64,000 nt of DNA from an uncultured Flavobacteriaceae bacterium (GTDB taxonomy: Bacteria; Bacteroidota; Bacteroidia; Flavobacteriales; Flavobacteriaceae), in the NCBI GenBank assembly GCA_947503105.1, contig CANNCM010000002.1, forward strand, positions 79,546 to 143,545. The letters run 5' to 3'. Within the stretch, counting starts at the first letter, position 1. Each line of letters opens with the position of its first letter. The position numbers were made by a program, and so were the translations under genes. The notes beneath the pieces were generated by a model. It was not told the DNA's origin and made no database searches. It saw nothing but the letters and a program-made list of their open reading frames with translations. Positions 56,737 through 64,000 of the stretch are shown piece after piece.

Positions 56737-56756
56737 CATCCAAATTAAAAAACGCT

Positions 56757-57851
56757 ATGAAAGCAGGTATTGTAGGACTGCCCAATGTGGGAAAATCAAC
56801 ATTGTTCAATTGTTTATCAAACGCCAAAGCACAAAGTGCCAATTTTCCGTTTTGCACCATCGAACCCAATATAGGGGTGGTAAATGTACCAGACCTACGG
56901 CTTTCAAAATTAGAATCCCTAGTTAATCCAGAGCGAGTAATTCCTGCTACTGTAGAAATTGTTGATATCGCTGGCTTGGTCAAAGGAGCGAGTAAAGGAG
57001 AGGGTCTTGGCAATCAGTTTTTGGGAAATATCCGCGAAACAGATGCCATTCTTCATGTTTTACGCTGTTTCGATAATGACAATATTGTGCATGTCGATCA
57101 AAGTGTGGATCCCATTCGTGATAAAGAAACAATCGATATGGAACTTCAATTGAAGGACTTGGAAACCGTAGAAAAAAAACTCGAAAAAGTAAAGCGAACG
57201 GCCAAAACAGGAAATAAAGAAGCGCAAAAAGAAGCTGAAGTTTTAGAACGCATCAAAGCCCACCTAGAGTCTGGAGCATCCGTAAGAAGTTTGGACCTTT
57301 CTGAGGATGATTTTGAGGCCTATGTAAAACCTTTACAATTCATTACCGCCAAACCAGTACTGTATGTCTGCAATGTCGATGAAAATTCGGCAGTGGATGG
57401 TAATGCCTATGTCGATTTGGTTAAAGCAGCCGTTGCCAAAGAGAATGCAGAAGTTTTAATATTGGCCGTTGGCACAGAGGCAGACATTAATGAATTGGAT
57501 GATTTTGAAGAGCGTCAACTTTTCTTACAAGACATTGGACTCGACGAGCCGGGTTCTGCAAAACTCATTCGTGCGGCCTACAAATTGCTTGATCTTCAAA
57601 CCTATTTTACAGCAGGTGAAAAAGAAGTTCGCGCCTGGACCATCAAAATTGGGAGTCTAGCACCACAAGCAGCGGGTGTTATTCACACCGACTTCGAAAA
57701 AGGATTCATTCGTGCCGAAGTGATTGCCTATGATGATTATGTCAATTTTGGAAGCGAAGCCAAAGTTAAAGAAGCAGGAAAAATGCGTGTAGAAGGAAAA
57801 AATTATACGGTTAAAGACGGCGATGTAGTGCATTTCCTATTTAATGTATAA
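56757..57851 (+). CDS. ychF: redox-regulated ribosome-binding ATPase YchF
   Basis: MKAGIVGLPNVGKSTLFN G1 motif, DIAGLVKGAS, and a C-terminal TGS-like domain. Confidence 0.95.
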   Translation: MKAGIVGLPNVGKSTLFNCLSNAKAQSANFPFCTIEPNIGVVNVPDLRLSKLESLVNPERVIPATVEIVDIAGLVKGASKGEGLGNQFLGNIRETDAILHVLRCFDNDNIVHVDQSVDPIRDKETIDMELQLKDLETVEKKLEKVKRTAKTGNKEAQKEAEVLERIKAHLESGASVRSLDLSEDDFEAYVKPLQFITAKPVLYVCNVDENSAVDGNAYVDLVKAAVAKENAEVLILAVGTEADINELDDFEERQLFLQDIGLDEPGSAKLIRAAYKLLDLQTYFTAGEKEVRAWTIKIGSLAPQAAGVIHTDFEKGFIRAEVIAYDDYVNFGSEAKVKEAGKMRVEGKNYTVKDGDVVHFLFNV

Positions 57852-57982
57852 TATAATTTAAGTCCTTTTTTCAATAAAAATGTTCTCAACATTACCTACA
57901 TTTTTTTGTTAATTAATTTGTGTTTTAAAGGTTTCTTTTTTTCAGATGAAGTACTATATTAGCACTTCGTCAGAACAGTCCT

Positions 57983-59845
57983 ATGGCCCAAAACACAAAT
58001 TACACAGAAGATAACATCAGATCTCTCGACTGGAAGGAGCACATCCGTATGCGCCCTGGAATGTATATTGGAAAACTCGGCGATGGGTCTTCTGCAGATG
58101 ATGGGATATATATCTTGGTTAAAGAAGTTTTGGACAACTCCATTGATGAATATGTCATGGGTGCTGGAAAATCTATTGATATTTCTATTCAAGGCAACAA
58201 AGTCATTGTTCGCGATTATGGCCGTGGAATTCCCCTAGGAAAAGTCGTTGATGTTGTATCAAAAATGAATACAGGTGGAAAATACGATTCCAGAGCTTTC
58301 AAAAAATCTGTAGGGCTGAATGGTGTGGGTACAAAAGCTGTTAATGCATTATCAACTTATTTCCGAGTAGAATCCACAAGAGATGGAAAATCCGCTTCCG
58401 CTGAATTCGAAACCGGCGTTCTCATCAATCAAGAACTATTAGATGATACTACCCGAAGAAAAGGGACTAAAGTTTCTTTTATTCCAGATGAAACCATCTT
58501 CAAAAATTACAAATTTAGAAATGAGTATGTCGCTCGAATGCTCAAAAATTATGTTTATCTCAATCCCGGCTTGACCATTACTTTCAATGGAGAGAAATTT
58601 TTCAGTGAAAATGGACTTAAAGATTTATTAGAAGACCATTCAAAAGCAGAAGACCGACTGTATCCCACAATTCATCTCAAAGCCGATGATATTGAGGTGG
58701 CGCTCACCCATAGTAAAACACAATATAGCGAAGAATACCACTCGTTTGTTAATGGTCAAAACACCACACAAGGAGGGACACACTTGGCAGCATTCAGAGA
58801 AGCGTTTGTAAAAACCATTCGAGATTTTTTTGGTAAGAATTATGATGCCTCCGATGTGCGAAAGTCTATCATTTCGGCTATCGCTATCAAAGTAATGGAA
58901 CCTGTATTTGAAAGTCAGACCAAAACCAAATTGGGATCTACTGATATGGGCGGGGGGTTGCCGACAGTACGTACTTTTATCAATGATTTTGTTAAAACTC
59001 ATCTCGATAATTATTTACACAAAAATCCTGATACTGCAGAAGCGATTCAACGCAAAATACTTCAAGCAGAGCGCGAACGAAAAGAACTATCTGGCATTCG
59101 AAAAATTGCAAAAGAACGTGCCAAAAAAGCAAGTCTCCATAATAAGAAACTAAGAGATTGTCGTGTGCATTTTGGCGATGCAAAAAACAATCGTAACCTC
59201 GAAACAACACTTTTCATTACAGAAGGGGATTCTGCATCAGGAAGCATCACAAAATCACGTGATGTGAATACTCAAGCTGTATTTAGTCTTAAGGGAAAAC
59301 CATTGAATTGTTATGGTCTTACGAAGAAAATTGTGTATGAAAATGAGGAGTTTAACCTTCTGCAAGCGGCATTAAATATTGAAGAATCCATAGAAGATTT
59401 ACGCTACAACAACATTGTTATTGCTACCGATGCCGATGTGGATGGAATGCATATTCGGCTGCTGTTGATTACCTTTTTTCTGCAATTTTTCCCAGAACTT
59501 ATCAAAGAAGGGCATTTGTATATTCTGCAAACACCATTATTTCGAGTTCGAAACAAAAAAGAAACCATTTATTGTTATTCGGAAGAAGAGCGTATCAATG
59601 CCATTGAAAAGTTAAAACCCAAACCAGAAATCACACGATTTAAAGGGTTAGGGGAAATTTCCCCCAATGAATTTAAACATTTCATCGGTGAGGATATTCG
59701 TTTAGACCCTGTCATGTTAGATTCCGAAATGACTACAGAAGAATTGCTGTCATTTTATATGGGTAAAAACACACCACAACGCCAAAAATTTATTATCGAT
59801 AACCTCAAGGTTGAATTAGATCTTATTGATTCAGAAAAGCAGTAG
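57983..59845 (+). CDS. parE: type IIA topoisomerase subunit B, topoisomerase IV ParE-type
   Basis: GHKL ATPase ([26 protein letters not shown]) and a Toprim domain ([14 protein letters not shown]). The 620-aa length and pairing with the long ParC-type A subunit favour topo IV over gyrase. Confidence 0.8.
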   Translation: MAQNTNYTEDNIRSLDWKEHIRMRPGMYIGKLGDGSSADDGIYILVKEVLDNSIDEYVMGAGKSIDISIQGNKVIVRDYGRGIPLGKVVDVVSKMNTGGKYDSRAFKKSVGLNGVGTKAVNALSTYFRVESTRDGKSASAEFETGVLINQELLDDTTRRKGTKVSFIPDETIFKNYKFRNEYVARMLKNYVYLNPGLTITFNGEKFFSENGLKDLLEDHSKAEDRLYPTIHLKADDIEVALTHSKTQYSEEYHSFVNGQNTTQGGTHLAAFREAFVKTIRDFFGKNYDASDVRKSIISAIAIKVMEPVFESQTKTKLGSTDMGGGLPTVRTFINDFVKTHLDNYLHKNPDTAEAIQRKILQAERERKELSGIRKIAKERAKKASLHNKKLRDCRVHFGDAKNNRNLETTLFITEGDSASGSITKSRDVNTQAVFSLKGKPLNCYGLTKKIVYENEEFNLLQAALNIEESIEDLRYNNIVIATDADVDGMHIRLLLITFFLQFFPELIKEGHLYILQTPLFRVRNKKETIYCYSEEERINAIEKLKPKPEITRFKGLGEISPNEFKHFIGEDIRLDPVMLDSEMTTEELLSFYMGKNTPQRQKFIIDNLKVELDLIDSEKQ

Positions 59846-59848
59846 TTT

Positions 59849-62542
59849 ATGATTGAAGAAGAAGACGATTTACATTTGGAGTCAACACAAGGCCAAGAGA
59901 CCATCACGAGAGTGACGGGCATGTATAAAGATTGGTTTTTGGACTATGCCTCATATGTGATTTTGGAACGCGCAGTGCCAGCTATCGAAGATGGTTTCAA
60001 ACCTGTTCAGCGTCGCATTCTTCACTCTATGAAAGATTTGGATGACGGGCGCTATAATAAAGTTGCAAATATTGTTGGGCACACCATGCAATATCATCCT
60101 CATGGCGATGCTAGTATCGCCGATGCTATGGTTCAAATTGGTCAAAAAGACTTGCTTATCGATACCCAAGGCAACTGGGGTAATGTGCTAACTGGTGATC
60201 GGGCTGCGGCATCACGTTACATAGAAGCACGATTATCAAAATTCGCTTTAGATGTGGTTTTTAATCCAAAAACAACAGAATGGCAAGCTTCATACGATGG
60301 CCGAAGAAAAGAGCCTGTGAATCTTCCGGTAAAATTCCCACTACTTCTTGCACAAGGCGCAGAAGGGATAGCAGTAGGATTATCCACAAAAGTATTACCA
60401 CACAATTTTATAGAACTCATAGAGGCTTCAATAAAGCATCTACAAGGCAAACGTTTTTCTATTGTTCCCGATTTTGCCACTGGTGGGATTGCTGATTTTA
60501 CCAACTATAATGATGGCCTTAGAGGGGGTAAAGTACGTTGCAGAGCTCGTATATCACAATTGAACAAAAACACTCTAGTCATCACAGAAGTGCCTTTTGG
60601 AACAACAACCTCGTCATTGATTGACTCCATTCTGAAAGCAAATGATAAAGGTAAAATTCGTGTCAAGAAAATCGAAGATAATACGGCAGCAGATGTTGAA
60701 ATTTTAGTGCATTTACCTTCTGGAATATCTCCTGACAAAACCATCGATGCGCTATTTGCATTTACAAATTGTGAAACTTCAATATCGCCTTTGGGTTGCG
60801 TTATTGAAGACAATAAACCTTTGTTTGTTGGGGTGTCTGAAATGCTTAGACATTCAACAGACCATACTGTTGAGCTATTAAAGTTAGAGCTCGAAATCAA
60901 ACTTAAAGAGTTAGAAGAGCAATGGCATTTTGCTTCTTTAGAGCGTATTTTTATTGAAAATCGAATTTATCGTGATATTGAAGAGGAAGAAACTTGGGAT
61001 GGCGTTATTTCTGCAATCGATCGAGGGTTGAAACCTCATATTCAGCATCTTAAGCGTGCTATAACAACCGAAGATATTACACGATTGACGGAAATTCGCA
61101 TCAAAAGAATTTCGAAGTTTGATATTGATAAAGCCCAACAAAAAATTGAAGCTTTAGAAGCTCAAATTGAAGAAACTAAGGCCCATCTAGCGACCATTAT
61201 AGATTATGCTATTGCATATTTCAAACGTCTTAAAACAGAATATGGAGAAGGTAAAAGGCGCAAAACTGAAATCAAAGTCTTTGATGATGTAGATGCTACA
61301 AAAGTCGTTATCAGAAACACAAAACTATTTGTCAACAGAGAAGAAGGTTTTGTAGGAACTGGCCTCAAGAGAGACGAGTATGTTTGCGATTGTAGCGATA
61401 TTGACGATATTATAGTCTTTACCAAAGAAGGTAAAATGATGGTCACAAAAGTGGACACCAAAACCTTTGTGGGTAAAAATATAATTCATGTTGCGGTATT
61501 TAAGAAAAAAGACACCAGAACCATCTATAATATGATTTATCGCGACGGTAAGGGAGGACCTTCCTACATCAAACGTTTTGCGGTAACATCAATGACAAGA
61601 GACAAAGAATATGATCTTGGAAAAGATAAAGCTGGAACTCATGTGTGGTATTTTTCTGCAAACCCCAATGGCGAAGCTGAGGTTGTTACGGTACTTCTAC
61701 GACAAGTTGGAAGCATCAAAAAATTAAAATGGGATATCAATTTTGCAGATATTCTAATCAAAGGACGAACTTCAAAAGGAAATTTAGTCACTAAATATGC
61801 AATTAAACGCATTGAATTGAAAGAAAAGGGAGTCAGCACGCTCAAACCAAGAAAGATTTGGTTTGACGAAACAGTACAGCGCCTTAACGTCGATGAACGC
61901 GGAACCCTTATTGGTGAATTTAGAGGAGAAGATCGTATTTTGGTCATTACGCAATCGGGGATTGTGAAAACTATTGTTCCAGATATCACAACACATTTTA
62001 GTGATGATATGATTGTGCTTGAAAAATGGATACCAAACAAACCAATATCTGCTATTTATTTTGATGGTGCTAAGGAAAAGTATTTTGTAAAACGTTTTCT
62101 TATTGAAAATGAGAACAAAGAAGAAGTCTTTATTTCCTCTCACGCTTCAAGTACTTTAGAAATCGTTAGTACAGACTGGCGCCCTGTTGTAGAACTTACG
62201 TTTGCAAAAGATAGAGGTAAAGATCGACGGCCAAATCAAACTATTGATGTGGAGCAGTTTATAGACATTAAAGGCATTTCTGCACAAGGGAATCAATTGT
62301 CAAGATTAAAAGTGAATCAAATAGATTTGTCTGATCCGTTGCCCTATGAAGCCCCAAAGGAAGTCCATGCCGATGAACTGGAAGTAGTTGATGAGGAAGT
62401 TGTTGACGCCAATACTTCGGAAGAAATACAGTCTGACATCTCAGAGTCTAAGCCAAGTTCAGAGTCTTCTGCACCGTCAAATCCTTCCAAAAACAACGAA
62501 AACAATTCGAACGATTCAGAAGGGCAGATCACTCTCTTTTAA
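59849..62542 (+). CDS. parC: type IIA topoisomerase subunit A, topoisomerase IV ParC-type
   Basis: DGFKPVQRRILHSM, HPHGD, and the active-site Tyr region AASRYIEARL. 897 aa with an acidic/Ser-rich C-terminal tail. Confidence 0.8.
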   Translation: MIEEEDDLHLESTQGQETITRVTGMYKDWFLDYASYVILERAVPAIEDGFKPVQRRILHSMKDLDDGRYNKVANIVGHTMQYHPHGDASIADAMVQIGQKDLLIDTQGNWGNVLTGDRAAASRYIEARLSKFALDVVFNPKTTEWQASYDGRRKEPVNLPVKFPLLLAQGAEGIAVGLSTKVLPHNFIELIEASIKHLQGKRFSIVPDFATGGIADFTNYNDGLRGGKVRCRARISQLNKNTLVITEVPFGTTTSSLIDSILKANDKGKIRVKKIEDNTAADVEILVHLPSGISPDKTIDALFAFTNCETSISPLGCVIEDNKPLFVGVSEMLRHSTDHTVELLKLELEIKLKELEEQWHFASLERIFIENRIYRDIEEEETWDGVISAIDRGLKPHIQHLKRAITTEDITRLTEIRIKRISKFDIDKAQQKIEALEAQIEETKAHLATIIDYAIAYFKRLKTEYGEGKRRKTEIKVFDDVDATKVVIRNTKLFVNREEGFVGTGLKRDEYVCDCSDIDDIIVFTKEGKMMVTKVDTKTFVGKNIIHVAVFKKKDTRTIYNMIYRDGKGGPSYIKRFAVTSMTRDKEYDLGKDKAGTHVWYFSANPNGEAEVVTVLLRQVGSIKKLKWDINFADILIKGRTSKGNLVTKYAIKRIELKEKGVSTLKPRKIWFDETVQRLNVDERGTLIGEFRGEDRILVITQSGIVKTIVPDITTHFSDDMIVLEKWIPNKPISAIYFDGAKEKYFVKRFLIENENKEEVFISSHASSTLEIVSTDWRPVVELTFAKDRGKDRRPNQTIDVEQFIDIKGISAQGNQLSRLKVNQIDLSDPLPYEAPKEVHADELEVVDEEVVDANTSEEIQSDISESKPSSESSAPSNPSKNNENNSNDSEGQITLF

Positions 62543-62907
62543 TCAATACGCTTTGCTTCTCCTTTTTGTTTTATAGAACTGCCCACATAGCCATATTCAA
62601 ATCTATATGTGTCTTTAGTTGTCGTTAGGATTTTCAGATGAACATCTTTTTGCTCTGCTCTATTTTTTGGATTAATCGTCTTAAAAATCATTTCACAATC
62701 ATTGATCCAACGAACACTGGCACTATCTGTTTTTGTGTTAAAACGTTCAATTTGCAGCTTTTCTGTGCGTGTGAATTCTGAAGTGTAAGTTGTGCCGTCG
62801 ATGCTAATTGTACTTTGAAATGTACCTGTTTTGAAATCTTGACAGTTTCTTTCTATTTGATAACAAGAAGAAAAACAAAGAAAACATAAAAAATATAAGT
62901 ATTTCAT
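62539..62907 (-). CDS. hypothetical lipoprotein (122 aa)
   Basis: Lipobox-like FSSC after a hydrophobic N-terminus. No motif recognised. Confidence 0.5.
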   Translation of the reverse strand: MKYLYFLCFLCFSSCYQIERNCQDFKTGTFQSTISIDGTTYTSEFTRTEKLQIERFNTKTDSASVRWINDCEMIFKTINPKNRAEQKDVHLKILTTTKDTYRFEYGYVGSSIKQKGEAKRID

Positions 62908-63040
62908 CTATTCAAATTTTTGTAAGCATTTATATTTTTAGTTGTTGGATTATATCGCATGAAAAAAAACCATTGCCTAGCAAATCACCATTATGGGTTT
63001 TCATGGTGTAAAAATACAAAAGAAAGATAGATATTTTTAG

Positions 63041-63427
63041 CTATTCGGGGCTGTACTTATCGAAAGTCCCGTCTTTGTAGAAGATAATGATACGTTCAAT
63101 ATCTTTAGATTTATTTATTGAGTACGTATTTTTGGATTCGACTATAGGCGTTTCGCTAGTTTCAGTTTTTAGTTTTTTTGTTGAGGTTGGAGTAGTGGAG
63201 GTATGCAACATCTCTCCAGTGCCATTCAAAAGCCAATACAAGTTGATGTCTGTAAAGGCAGTGTTGAGTTTTAATATAAAATCCAAGCTAGGCTTATTTC
63301 GACCGCTCAAAATATGCGAAATGCTAGACCGTTGCACTTGAATTAGTTCTGCAAAAGCAGAAGCTGATAATCCATAATAGATCATTATTTTGTTTAAACG
63401 TTCGCTAAAATTGTTGGTATTTACCAT
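63041..63427 (-). CDS. XRE-type helix-turn-helix transcriptional regulator (128 aa)
   Basis: The HTH region is LSASAFAELIQVQRSSISHILSGRNKPSLDFILKL, followed by the LYWLLNG motif common in Bacteroidota HTH proteins. Confidence 0.75.
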   Translation of the reverse strand: MVNTNNFSERLNKIMIYYGLSASAFAELIQVQRSSISHILSGRNKPSLDFILKLNTAFTDINLYWLLNGTGEMLHTSTTPTSTKKLKTETSETPIVESKNTYSINKSKDIERIIIFYKDGTFDKYSPE

Positions 63428-63433
63428 AGGTTA

Positions 63434-63441
63434 CAAATGTA
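63434..63441 (-). promoter_or_regulatory. -7 box (TACATTTG on the minus strand) for the HTH gene; a second copy lies at 63459..63466
   Basis: Plus-strand CAAATGTA, 7 nt upstream of the ATG at 63427. It is embedded in a palindrome. Confidence 0.4.
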
Positions 63442-63671
63442 TATAAAAAAATGTTTTACAAATGTAAAACATCAGGATATTATTCAATAACAATACAATA
63501 ATTTATTAAACTATAACTTTATTTAATTATACTTAAAATACTGATTTACAATATATTATATGTTTATTTTTATAACTCAGAATAGAACTTCAAAAACAAT
63601 TAAAAAAATGTATACAATTGTAAACAAACAACACTGAAAAAGAAATTTACAATTGTAAATAACATATTGTT

Positions 63672-63679
63672 TACATTTG
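63672..63679 (+). promoter_or_regulatory. -7 box (TACATTTG) for the M14 peptidase gene
   Basis: Exact TAnnTTTG match, 20 nt upstream of the ATG at 63699. It is embedded in the last palindrome. Confidence 0.45.
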
Positions 63680-63698
63680 TAGTTCACAAAAGCACCCT

Positions 63699-64000
63699 AT
63701 GGAATCGATATACGATTTTGCATCAAACTATGAACACAAAAAAGCAAAAGCTTTGTTTGGTAGGTATATTACAAATGATACTATTTTACCAGTATTAAAG
63801 ACATTGCCAAAAGCGTTTGCGTTTGATGTGTTAGGTCATTCTGAAGAAAACAGGCCAATTTATGCTGTAAAAATAGGCACTGGTACAACAAAAATTTTGA
63901 TTTGGTCTCAAATGCATGGCAACGAATCAACTTGCACCAAAGCACTTTTTGACGTCTTTAATGCTCTAAAAACACCTCCTTTCGGCGTTATTTTGAAAGA
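63699..64000 (+). CDS. M14 family zinc carboxypeptidase-like protein, N-terminal part; continues past the window end
   Basis: Hand translation gives MESIYDFASNYEHKKAKALFGRYITNDTILPVLKTLPKAFAFDVLGHSEENRPIYAVKIGTGTTKILIWSQMHGNESTCTKALFDVF. SQMHGNES contains the HxxE zinc-binding motif of M14 and succinylglutamate desuccinylase-like enzymes. Confidence 0.65.
   Translation, partial: MESIYDFASNYEHKKAKALFGRYITNDTILPVLKTLPKAFAFDVLGHSEENRPIYAVKIGTGTTKILIWSQMHGNESTCTKALFDVFNALKTPPFGVILK

Larger units (their letters stand above)
63431..63682. repeat. cluster of TTTACA-N2-TGTAAA-type palindromes in the HTH / M14 divergent intergenic region
   Basis: Sites at 63431..63441 (TTACAAATGTA), 63453..63470 (GTTTTACAAATGTAAAAC, 8-bp arms), 63609..63626 (TGTATACAATTGTAAACA), 63645..63660 (ATTTACAATTGTAAAT, perfect 16-mer) and 63668..63682 (TGTTTACATTTGTAG). 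There is also a half-site at 63545..63550. Confidence 0.6.

Noticed and set aside
56687-56926. 79-aa ORF, and the N-terminal extension of the ychF ORF from 56706
   Set aside because: A TACTTTTG -7 box at 56729..56736 and the canonical YchF N-terminus MKAGIVGLPNVGKS at 56757 indicate that transcription starts inside these extensions.
1-64000. CRISPR arrays, IS elements, prophage or known defence-system genes
   Set aside because: I saw no regularly spaced direct repeats and no transposase, integrase, recombinase, restriction, Cas or toxin-antitoxin-like ORFs in either strand's translations. All large ORFs have housekeeping or envelope assignments.

Overview
The window reads as ordinary, densely packed core chromosome of an AT-rich Bacteroidota genome, most likely Flavobacteriaceae. 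Supporting evidence: two type IX secretion (T9SS) C-terminal sorting-domain cargo proteins, a PorQ-like gene, TAnnTTTG -7 promoter boxes with no Shine-Dalgarno sequences, a fused CcsBA, and BshB1. About 60 protein genes are nearly all housekeeping: lpd x2, tilS, maf, kdsC, ccsBA, aroQ, msrA, msrB x2, lon, cmk, rpsA, pyrR-pyrB, rnz, serA-serC, ychF and parE-parC. There is also one tRNA-His. I found no transposase, integrase, CRISPR array, rRNA, prophage or recognisable defence genes, and no convincing novel multi-gene system. What remains is a set of modest, checkable observations. The main ones: (1) a cluster of TTTACA-N2-TGTAAA palindromes between a divergent XRE-type HTH gene and an M14 peptidase gene; (2) a possible pseudoknotted rpsA leader; (3) a translationally coupled 109-aa ORF in the pyrI position after pyrB; (4) an exported plus cytoplasmic msrB tandem; (5) a minus-strand locus of T9SS beta-propeller, lipoprotein and orphan TonB-dependent receptor; (6) a tRNA-His with tandem U-U acceptor-stem mismatches; (7) many convergent gene pairs with overlapping stop codons. 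All functional calls come from motif recognition by eye in the supplied translations. No searches or computations were run.
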